DNA from: Elusimicrobiota bacterium
GTDB lineage: Bacteria; Elusimicrobiota; Elusimicrobia; JACQPE01
Reading direction: 5' to 3'
NCBI GenBank assembly: GCA_016207685.1
Contig: JACQPE010000004.1
Span: forward strand, 1,559-65,558
DNA length: 64,000 bases
The notes below the pieces were generated by a model. It searched no databases and was not told the DNA's origin. It saw only the letters and a program-made list of their open reading frames with translations. The first letter of the stretch is position 1. Every line of letters starts with the position of its first letter. The translations under genes and the position numbers were made by a program. This document shows positions 37,056 to 44,540 of the stretch, in pieces.

Positions 37056-38800
37056 GTCGGCCCCTGATGCACAACATTGACATTTTGCGCTGACAATGCG
37101 GGCTTAAGTCCCATATTCACAATCGCTTCCTGCATTATTTTCTTAAACAATGGGGCCGCCAAGTCGCTGGCCCAGGCCACTTTAGGCTTGCGCGGATCAT
37201 CCAATATCACACAGGCGGCCAATTCCGGTTCCGGCATGGGCAAGGCGCCACAAAATGAAACGACAACATGATTTGGCGTATGGAGTCTGGTTTTCGGATC
37301 AATTTTCTGTGCCGTCCCTGTTTTTCCGGCCGTTGGATATCCGGCCATTTGAGCGGACTTGCCAGTTCCCTGTGCCACCACGCCTTCCATCAAAACCATG
37401 GCGCGCTTGGCCGCATTTTGAGGTAATGCTTGACGGACTTTCCGCGAAGAAAACGCGTAAAGCCGGCGCTCCTCGCGAAAACCCTTAATGCGATCAACAA
37501 TCTGGGGTTCAAGCAAAATGCCGCCGTTGGCCAAAGCCGCGTACGCTTGCGTTAATTGAAGCGGCGTCGTTCCGATTTCATATCCAAATGACATCATGGG
37601 CAAACTGACAGCGCTCCATCCCGCGGGCGGCCGGACAATGCCGACCGATTCTCCCGTGACGGGGAGCGCGGTTCTTGAGCCGAAACCAAACGCCCGATAG
37701 GCCTGATAAAGACCTTCCTGGCCGAGAGCCATGCCGATCTTGGCAAAACCGATATTTGAAGAATGCGCTATCACGGCGCTCAAGGGAATCAACCCATAAG
37801 GCTCATGGTCGGAAATCGTCAGGCTCGGCGTTGGATGCCAGCGCCCATTCTCGCAATCAATTTCATCTGTCTCTTGGACAACGCCGGCGTCCAATGCCGC
37901 CGCCAACACAAAAGGCTTGACAACGCTGCCCGGCTCAAAGGTATAACTCACGGCCAAATTAGGGTCCAGACTAAATCCCAATCCATCCTCAAAACCAGCT
38001 TCGGTGCGGCTCGCCATGGCCAAAAGCGCTCCCGTCCTGACATGAACGACTACGGCCACGGCGGCGCGGGCGTCCTGATGGGCCAGCGCTTCTTCCAAAT
38101 GAGCTTCCGTGCTTGATTGCAACTGAGCATCCAGCGTTAAATAAACATCAAAGGGTCCTTCGTCATGGCCGCGACTCCAGGGCCAGATCGCCATGCTCTC
38201 CGGCCGATCCTCTTCAGCAAACACCTTTCCTAAGGCATCCCGCAAAACAACACGCACCTCCTCTTTCCCTTGCAGCAGGGGATTAAGCTGCCTCTCAAGG
38301 CCGGATGTCCCCTCGCCGTCAATGCCCACGGAACCGATCAACTCCGCTGCCGTTTTCCCCCAGGGATAACGGCGCTTGGATTCAAGCTCAATTCCGATTC
38401 CCTTAATTCCCAGGCGCCTTAACGCCTCGGCCTCATCGGCAACGACCTGACGTTTGATCCAAACAAAATTCGACGATCCCCGAAGGCGGCGCATGAGGTC
38501 GCGTTGGTCAACACCTGAAATAACACGCGCGATTTGAAGCGCCAGGCGCTCGGGTGGAATATCGGTCTCTCGACGCGACACAAACAAAGACGGCATCTCG
38601 ACCGATACCCCAAGAACCCGGCCTCGCCGGTCAAGGATCCGCCCTCGCATGGGGCGGACACGCCTTGTTTGAACAACCTCGGAAGCTGTCATCTTGGCGT
38701 AAGAACCGTGCCTCACAATCTGAAGCTGGCCTAACCGGACAGCCACGGCGCCATAGAGAAAAAAAATCGCAGCCAAAGGCAGAAAGAGCCGGAAAGTCAT
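37052..38800 (-). CDS. ftsI: peptidoglycan D,D-transpeptidase FtsI (PBP3)
   Basis: SxxK (SVVKPF), KTG (AGKTGTAQK) and a dimerisation domain; start set at MTFRLFLPLAAIF (38800), because the ORF-track N-terminus MALFHFELGTWNLELGT is the translated heptamer repeat. Confidence 0.85.
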   Translation of the reverse strand: MTFRLFLPLAAIFFLYGAVAVRLGQLQIVRHGSYAKMTASEVVQTRRVRPMRGRILDRRGRVLGVSVEMPSLFVSRRETDIPPERLALQIARVISGVDQRDLMRRLRGSSNFVWIKRQVVADEAEALRRLGIKGIGIELESKRRYPWGKTAAELIGSVGIDGEGTSGLERQLNPLLQGKEEVRVVLRDALGKVFAEEDRPESMAIWPWSRGHDEGPFDVYLTLDAQLQSSTEAHLEEALAHQDARAAVAVVVHVRTGALLAMASRTEAGFEDGLGFSLDPNLAVSYTFEPGSVVKPFVLAAALDAGVVQETDEIDCENGRWHPTPSLTISDHEPYGLIPLSAVIAHSSNIGFAKIGMALGQEGLYQAYRAFGFGSRTALPVTGESVGIVRPPAGWSAVSLPMMSFGYEIGTTPLQLTQAYAALANGGILLEPQIVDRIKGFREERRLYAFSSRKVRQALPQNAAKRAMVLMEGVVAQGTGKSAQMAGYPTAGKTGTAQKIDPKTRLHTPNHVVVSFCGALPMPEPELAACVILDDPRKPKVAWASDLAAPLFKKIMQEAIVNMGLKPALSAQNVNVVHQGPT

Positions 38801-38813
38801 GGCGGACAATAGA

Positions 38814-38848
38814 GTTCCAAGTTCCAAGTTCCAAGTTCCAAGTTCAAA
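38814..38848. repeat. heptamer array (GTTCMAA)x5
   Basis: gttccaa x4 then gttcaaa, 14 nt upstream of the ftsI start. Confidence 0.9.
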
Positions 38849-38896
38849 ATGGAAAAGGGCCAAAAAAAGCAGGGCTTCTTTTCCCTCTTGACTTTT

Positions 38897-38924
38897 AACT
38901 TGGAACTTGGATATTGGAACTTTC
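38897..38924. repeat. heptamer array (AACTTGG)x4, inverse complement of 38814..38848
   Basis: aacttgg aacttgg atattgg aactttc. Confidence 0.85.
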
Positions 38925-38930
38925 TGCTGA

Positions 38931-39203
38931 TCATGGCATCACCCGGAGCTTTTCAGCAACCGGATAATCTGTGGGCAACCGATAACCTTGTTCGCGCGCC
39001 TTGATGGCCGTGATCTTATAAAACTGAATTTGTGCCAACTTAAATTCCATTTGAGCCAATTCTAAATCAAGGCCTTGAAGTTTTTCCCTCAAGCTTGCCA
39101 CCCGGTAGCCGCTTTGAACAACAAGAGTGCGCATCCAGACAACGGTCAAAAATGATAGGGCAACCCCCGGAATAATAATTAAGACTTTGACGCCGGATTT
39201 CAC
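38931..39203 (-). CDS. ftsL: cell division protein FtsL
   Basis: 90 aa, single N-terminal TM helix (VLIIIPGVALSFLTVVW) then coiled coil; position between rsmH and ftsI. Confidence 0.5.
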   Translation of the reverse strand: MKSGVKVLIIIPGVALSFLTVVWMRTLVVQSGYRVASLREKLQGLDLELAQMEFKLAQIQFYKITAIKAREQGYRLPTDYPVAEKLRVMP

Positions 39204-39250
39204 TCGCGCCGCCTTGAAAAACCAAAAGAATGCCGAATGCCGGAATCTAA

Positions 39251-39360
39251 AACGTCGAATTTCGAACGTCGAATTAAGGAACAGGGAAAATTTTGAATTT
39301 TAAATTTTGAATTTTGAATTAAGGAATTCATTTTATTTGTCATTTGAGATTCGTCATTCG
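39251..39360. repeat. compound short-tandem-repeat region: (CGTCGAA/TTTCGAA)x3, (AATTTTR)x4, (GTCATTY)x2
   Basis: aacgtcgaatttcgaacgtcgaatt ... ttttgaattttaaattttgaattttgaatt ... gtcatttgagattcgtcattcg; related to 51470..51506. Confidence 0.85.
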
Positions 39361-40253
39361 CCATTTCTAGGTTCATCAATTTTTTCAATGGCTCGCAATC
39401 TGGCTGATCGCGCTTTAGGATTCTGTTCCAGCTCCCTCTCGCAGGCCTGAACCGTGGAACGCGACAAAAAACGCGCCTGTCCGGATTCGACCCAAGAGTG
39501 AAAAACATCCTTGACAATCCGGTCCTCTAAAGAATGAAAACTAATAACAACCACCCGTCCCCCTGGTTTTAAGACCGCCGGAACAAAACCGAGCATTTGC
39601 CGGATGGCTCCCAGTTCATCATTGACCACGATGCGCAAGGCTTGAAAAACTTGAGCCCATATTTTGCGATTTCCGCTCGCACGCCGCAAAAATTTCACGA
39701 GCGCGCCCGATGTTTTGATCGAACCCCCGGCATTACAGAGCGTATGCGCGATACGACGGGACCACGATCTTGAAATTTCACCATTGGCCATCAGCAATTG
39801 TTCCAGGTCGCCCTCTGAAAGGGCCGCCAACAATTCGGCCGCGGTAATGCCTTTGTTTTGGCTGTCTAAACGCATGTCAAGAGGCTCGTCATTTTGGTAA
39901 GAAAGCCCAAGGCCTGAGTCCAAAACCTGAAAAGTCGAAGGTCCGAGGTCGCATAAGATGCCATCAACCGAAGGCCACGCCGCTCGAGTCAACACATGGT
40001 CCAAATTTCTAAAATTTGCCCGGACAAACCGGGTTCGATCGTGAAAAAATTTAAGGCGCTCCTGCGCTAAAGCCAAACTGCGCTCATTCCAATCAACACA
40101 AAGGCACCTTGCTTGAGGAAGCAGGGACAAAAGAGACCAGGAATGCCCTCCCGCTCCTGTCGTCAAATCCACATAATAGCCCTGGGGGTTTCCAGCCCAA
40201 TAATCTACCGCCTCTTGAAGAAGAACGGGCACATGAAGGGTCAGCGGCTTCAT
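39354..40253 (-). CDS. rsmH: 16S rRNA (cytosine1402-N4)-methyltransferase
   Basis: MKPLTLHVPVLLQEAVDYW...VDLTTGAGGHS, typical MraW/RsmH N-terminus; heads the dcw cluster. Confidence 0.9.
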   Translation of the reverse strand: MKPLTLHVPVLLQEAVDYWAGNPQGYYVDLTTGAGGHSWSLLSLLPQARCLCVDWNERSLALAQERLKFFHDRTRFVRANFRNLDHVLTRAAWPSVDGILCDLGPSTFQVLDSGLGLSYQNDEPLDMRLDSQNKGITAAELLAALSEGDLEQLLMANGEISRSWSRRIAHTLCNAGGSIKTSGALVKFLRRASGNRKIWAQVFQALRIVVNDELGAIRQMLGFVPAVLKPGGRVVVISFHSLEDRIVKDVFHSWVESGQARFLSRSTVQACERELEQNPKARSARLRAIEKIDEPRNGE

Positions 40254-40265
40254 ATAATGATTATT

Positions 40266-40670
40266 GCATTACCGGCGGCATCTGCCGGAGGGCCGCCCTT
40301 CATCTATTACAGATCGAGGGAGGAAATTCCGAACTCCGCAGAGCCAGGGTGCCGTCTAAAAGGCGGGGCGCCCGTTGGAGACAACCGGCGCACGGACAGT
40401 GCCACAGAAACGAAACCACCCCATGATCCGTCACGATTAAGGGGAACGGGTGAAACCGTGAGGTAAAAGCTCACGCAGAATCATAGAAATATGAATCCGG
40501 AGGAAAACCCCACCTGGAGCAAGGCTGGATTTAGGAAAACTCCGCCAGGTCAGGCTCAAGACCGGGGTTCCTAAGTCCCTGCAAAGCAGAACGCCGCTTA
40601 GATAAATGGTCCTCGCTTGATTTTTACATCAAGCACAGAATTCGGGGTACAGGCAAGCCGCCGGTAATGC
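40266..40670 (+). ncRNA. rnpB: RNase P RNA (bacterial type)
   Basis: P4-region block GAGGAAAUUCCGAACUCCGCAGAGCCAGGGUGCCG (cf. GAGGAAAGUCCGGGCUCC...GGGCAGGGUGCCAGG); also CACGGACAGUGCCACAGAAACGAAACCACC, GGUGAAACCGUGAGGUAAAAGCUCAC and CCACCUGGAGCAAGGCUGGAUUUAGG; 14-bp terminal helix gcattaccggcggc/gccgccggtaatgc. Confidence 0.8.
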
Positions 40671-40716
40671 AAAAAAATTGATCTCCCGGCCCCGATATTT
40701 AAAACCCCCCTGGCTT

Positions 40717-40751
40717 GCGCACCGGATCAAAAGGTGCGCTGTTTGTTGTGG
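40717..40751 (+). terminator. putative terminator hairpin after rnpB (overlaps the rnhA stop)
   Basis: gcgcacc-ggatcaaaa-ggtgcgc stem-loop then tgtttgttgtgg. Confidence 0.4.
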
Positions 40752-41206
40752 ACGGATAAACGGGCCAACCGATCGGCCATGCTATTTTGTTCGCGCGGGA
40801 CATGGTTGATATCCACTCTTTCAAAATGACGCTCCAACGTTTTAGCCTCCAAAGAAAGTTTTTGAAGCTTGGCATCCCGAATCTTGTACTTCCCTTTGGC
40901 TTGCTGGGCCAATAGCTGGGAATCGGTAAAAACAGCGATTACCTTGGCGCCTCGATCACGGCCTTCTTTTAAGGCGCGAAGGTACGCGCTCCACTCGGCA
41001 ATGTTATTGGTGCCATGGCCTAGGTATTCGGAAATCTCCGCCACGGTCTCTCCGCCCTCGCCAACAAGCCAAACGCCGATGCCTGCCGGCCCCGGATTAA
41101 ACCGGCAAGCGCCGTCAATGTAAGCGACCAATTTTACTGATCTATCCATAGCGCGCCTCGTTTCGCTGGGCGCAGGGTGCGGGGCAGAACAAAATATCTT
41201 CGACAA
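40727..41206 (-). CDS. rnhA: ribonuclease HI
   Basis: LVAYIDGACRFNPGPAGIGVW, TNNIAEWSAYLRAL, FTDSQLL; probable true start at MDRSVKL (41149). Confidence 0.8.
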   Translation of the reverse strand: MSKIFCSAPHPAPSETRRAMDRSVKLVAYIDGACRFNPGPAGIGVWLVGEGGETVAEISEYLGHGTNNIAEWSAYLRALKEGRDRGAKVIAVFTDSQLLAQQAKGKYKIRDAKLQKLSLEAKTLERHFERVDINHVPREQNSMADRLARLSVHNKQRTF

Positions 41207-41310
41207 ATAACAAAAAATTTATGGTTCATGCCATAGGGGTTCGCAAAAAAATTCTGTCAATCCTCATATCTTGCGAATCCCGAACCCCGATCAATAGATC
41301 AACCCACGGG

Positions 41311-42099
41311 TTACGGAGGCAAATAAAGAATGCGCTGACAGCGCTCGCATTGCACAAATTCATGAGCTTTAATCACTTCATTAATCATCTGCGGCGTTAA
41401 ATGCATGCGGCAGCCGCCGCAACTGGCTCCCTCCAAAACAGGAGCGACGGCCACGCCTTCACGCTTCGCCCGCAGACGTTCATAACGCGATGCCACATCC
41501 GGAGGAAAGACGGCAAAAAGTCCGGCGCGTTCTTGGATCGCTTGTTCCAACAAAGACTCTAATTTTCCTTTCTCCGAATCCAATTGCGCGGCGCGGTCTT
41601 CTTTCTCTTTTTTGTGCGTCTCCATGGCAGCCGCCGCTTCTTTGGCGCGCTTTTGCTGAAGATCCAATTCATCCATGAGTTCCAAAATTTTGGTTTCGGC
41701 ATCATCCTTCTTTTTCTTCAAATTCTCGATCGCGGTCAAAAGCGCCCTGTAGGCCTCGTTGGTTTTCACGAGGCGCAGCTCGCCCGAATGTTTGTTGATA
41801 TCGCCGTCAATTTTCGCCACGTCGCCCTCAAGGGTTTTATGATGCAATAAAAGTTTCTTGCGCTGTTCCTTGGCGGATTCGATTGCTTGCTGCTCCTCTA
41901 TTATGCTGCGGCGAATTGCATCCGCCGAAGTTTGCGCCTGCGCGATTTGAGCCTTGATCCGGTCAAGGCCCCTGTCTTTTTCCTGCAGGCCCGTCATGCG
42001 CTTAATGGTCTCTTTGACGGAAAGCTCCGGCGTTTCCTGGGGCGGATTTTGTTCTGGGACCGGCGCCACGGCGGGCTCTTCCATGTTTCGAGTATACAA
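41311..42099 (-). CDS. COG1579-type coiled-coil protein with C-terminal C4 zinc ribbon
   Basis: long coiled coil then CGGCRMHLTPQ...CERCQRIL. Confidence 0.6.
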   Translation of the reverse strand: MYTRNMEEPAVAPVPEQNPPQETPELSVKETIKRMTGLQEKDRGLDRIKAQIAQAQTSADAIRRSIIEEQQAIESAKEQRKKLLLHHKTLEGDVAKIDGDINKHSGELRLVKTNEAYRALLTAIENLKKKKDDAETKILELMDELDLQQKRAKEAAAAMETHKKEKEDRAAQLDSEKGKLESLLEQAIQERAGLFAVFPPDVASRYERLRAKREGVAVAPVLEGASCGGCRMHLTPQMINEVIKAHEFVQCERCQRILYLPP

Positions 42100-42108
42100 A
42101 TCCTTTTC

Positions 42109-42143
42109 TAAAAATCCCGTAAAAATCCTGGCAAAAATCTTCC
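42109..42143 (+). promoter_or_regulatory. three 12-bp direct repeats (YAAAAATCYYSS) upstream of the 42164 gene
   Basis: taaaaatcccg taaaaatcctgg caaaaatcttcc read directly. Confidence 0.4.
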
Positions 42144-42163
42144 TTCGGGGTTAAACTTGGACT

Positions 42164-43651
42164 ATGCGGCGGCAAATTCTCATCTTTGCGGCGCTCGCTA
42201 TTTTTTGGCCCGCGGCCGCGCATGCCGGCTGCTCCAAAACAGAAAGGATGTCATTCCTGGAAGCCATCAACCTCATTGACAGGCCTGTCACCGGAATCAT
42301 TGAACATTCGGGGCTTTCCAATGGCTGCAAACGGACGATTCTAAAAAGCCTCTCCGAGGCTTTTGAATTTCGCTCCCAAAACAACCTCTGTTTTGCCGAT
42401 GAAGAACGGTCCTGCCAACAGCTCTTTGAAGCGGCGGCAGCCATTGATGAATTATTAAAAGAAGGCGAACGCCCTCTGTGCCGCCGCCACGGAAAAAATG
42501 AGGAAGAAGCGGAAAGCGATAATGAAGAAGACGCCGAGGAAGAAGACGCATGCGACGCGAACGAAAAAAACGCCTGGTTGATCGCTGCTGCCGATGCCTC
42601 GGCCGGCATGGCGATTGAATTTGAAATTCTTCATTTTGAGGATAAACTTTCAAAAAAAATTGTCCCTTACTGCCTGCTGCCCCAGGCCTGTTTTGATGAA
42701 GGCCCTCAATGCCGCCGCGAACTGGCCAAAATGTGGTGGGGGGGCACCGGGTTCGACTTTGGCGATCGCAAGAATGAGGAATTCTGGCTGCGATCCGGCG
42801 GCTTTATCCATCTCTTTCTGGCCTCCGCCTTCACCTGCAGTTCAGGCCGCCAACACGGCGGAACGTGCTCGATTTATTCGGGAGCCAGTCTCATGGCCCA
42901 TTACTGCTCGACGCCGGCCACCAACCCCAATGCCGCCCCCGGAACATGCGCCATGACGGGCCCCGGATTTGAGTGTGTTTTGCCGGATCAGCTCCTTGAG
43001 GACGCCTACCAACATAAAGCGTGGAAACGGGAAATTTGTCGCACGGATAAAGAGACCGCAACGGTCACTTGCTCGCCGACTACGAATACAACTTTGGAAA
43101 ATAGCAGCGACGCCGCAATGGCCAGGCTTGACAAAAACAAATGCCATGACTCAACCAGCGCGCCGGATCAAAAAATTTGCGAACGTCTAAAAAACCGCTC
43201 GGGAAGAATCAACCGCAATGCCGCCATTTTGACGGAAGGAATAGACGCGATAGGCGATCCCAACGCTTCTCTTCGAGGCCGCTCCGGGGCTTACCTATGG
43301 AGCCTAATTAATGTTTATGAGGGCTATGGATTTGATGCCAAATTCTACGCGGCCAACGAAACCGGATGGAATAGCGCTCTGGAATCGGTGGCCGACGGCC
43401 ATCCCGTTCAAATAGGGATTGATGTCAAAAATTGGAAATACTACGGCTCCCGGGGCGGCCGCCATGCCGTTGTTCTTGAAGGCGCTTGGCTGGGGCCCGA
43501 TGGGTGGCAGGTCCTTCTGCGTGATTCCAACTTTCCGGACGTCGTAAAAATTTTTGAAGCGGATTTTATCAAGGCCACTTTTCTTGAAGGCGGCGGCGGC
43601 GTCGGCGTGCGGCCGCCGGCAGCCCCTTCAAGGCCGCCGGCCGGTCAATAA
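42164..43651 (+). CDS. secreted cysteine-rich protein with acidic segment and C-terminal papain-like (C39-like) domain
   Basis: signal peptide MRRQILIFAALAIFWPAAAHA; acidic run EEEAESDNEEDAEEEDACD; candidate Cys motif TCSIYSGASLMAHYC and His motif GGRHAVVLEGAWLGPDGWQVLLRDSN. Confidence 0.35.
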   Translation: MRRQILIFAALAIFWPAAAHAGCSKTERMSFLEAINLIDRPVTGIIEHSGLSNGCKRTILKSLSEAFEFRSQNNLCFADEERSCQQLFEAAAAIDELLKEGERPLCRRHGKNEEEAESDNEEDAEEEDACDANEKNAWLIAAADASAGMAIEFEILHFEDKLSKKIVPYCLLPQACFDEGPQCRRELAKMWWGGTGFDFGDRKNEEFWLRSGGFIHLFLASAFTCSSGRQHGGTCSIYSGASLMAHYCSTPATNPNAAPGTCAMTGPGFECVLPDQLLEDAYQHKAWKREICRTDKETATVTCSPTTNTTLENSSDAAMARLDKNKCHDSTSAPDQKICERLKNRSGRINRNAAILTEGIDAIGDPNASLRGRSGAYLWSLINVYEGYGFDAKFYAANETGWNSALESVADGHPVQIGIDVKNWKYYGSRGGRHAVVLEGAWLGPDGWQVLLRDSNFPDVVKIFEADFIKATFLEGGGGVGVRPPAAPSRPPAGQ

Positions 43652-44371
43652 ATTTTTGGAAAGCAAGGCCTGGGCGCGCTCGTAATCGGCGGGGGTGCCG
43701 ATATCAATAAAAAAAGCTTCCGGAAACGCCAATGCATAAAGCGATTTATTCGCCATTGTTGGAAATAGGCCGTATTCCAGAGAAAAATCAACGCCCTTGG
43801 GGATCTCAGCCAGAACGCGGCGCTCAACAACATAAGCGCCGCCATTGATCAAACATGGGGCCGAGTCCGGCGTTTTAGTTTTTTCCAAAAAAGCCGTGAC
43901 AAGACCGCTGTCATTGGATTGAACGCGGCCATAGCGGCCCTCATCAATGACTTTGGCCAACGCCAAGGTGAGATCGGCCCGATGGCGGACGTGCCAATCC
44001 CAAAGTTCGGCCAACGACGCATTAAAGTAAACATCCCCGTTAAAAGCGAAAAATTTATCTTCTTGAATCAATGGCTCCGCTTCTTTAATGGAACCAGCAG
44101 TCCCCAGCTGGCGCCTAGGATCGGAATATAAAATTTCCGCGCCCCAGGAGCCGCCATCGCCAAAATAAGCCTTCATTTTATCCGCATGATAAGCCACGGC
44201 CAAAATAATTCGATGAATTCCCTGGCGCACCAGGCGTACAATAAAATGCTCCAAAAAAGGTTTCCCCGCCACAATCAACATGGGCTTGGGCGTGTCTTTG
44301 GTCAAAGCGCCCAAACGCGCGCCTAACCCACCGACCAATACCACCGCTTCTTTGGGCATTCCTGCAGCCAT
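43628..44371 (-). CDS. sugar-phosphate nucleotidyltransferase (NTP_transferase family)
   Basis: N-terminal VLVGGLGARLGALTKDTPKPML pyrophosphorylase signature. Confidence 0.75.
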   Translation of the reverse strand: MAAGMPKEAVVLVGGLGARLGALTKDTPKPMLIVAGKPFLEHFIVRLVRQGIHRIILAVAYHADKMKAYFGDGGSWGAEILYSDPRRQLGTAGSIKEAEPLIQEDKFFAFNGDVYFNASLAELWDWHVRHRADLTLALAKVIDEGRYGRVQSNDSGLVTAFLEKTKTPDSAPCLINGGAYVVERRVLAEIPKGVDFSLEYGLFPTMANKSLYALAFPEAFFIDIGTPADYERAQALLSKNLLTGRRP

Positions 44372-44440
44372 AAACTTGTTATTGATTTTCGAGTTCTTTG
44401 TCTATTTTGCCAAGTTATGAACGAACCCGCACTTAAAATT

Positions 44441-44534
44441 TAGGACTTTAGTCCTATTTATTAATAGGACTTTTATCCCATTAAAACATGGGACTTCAGT
44501 CCTAAATTAACCGGCTTCTTAGGACTCAAACTTA
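44441..44534 (+). promoter_or_regulatory. array of four AGGACT(n2)AGTCCT-type near-palindromes with 24/24/30-bp spacing, immediately upstream of the 44541 start codon
   Basis: TAGGACTTTAGTCCTA (44441), TAGGACTTTTATCCCA (44465), TGGGACTTCAGTCCTA (44489), TTAGGACTCAAACTTA (44519). Confidence 0.55.
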
Positions 44535-44540
44535 AATGCT

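Noticed and set aside
39200-39517. 105-aa ORF on the minus strand between ftsL and rsmH
   Set aside because: It is composed of the tandem-repeat region and overlaps the rsmH 3' end. It is a translation artefact of low-complexity repeats.
40109-40466. ORFs 40109..40426 and 40113..40466 (105/117 aa)
   Set aside because: They overlap the RNase P RNA gene, whose conserved blocks account for the sequence.
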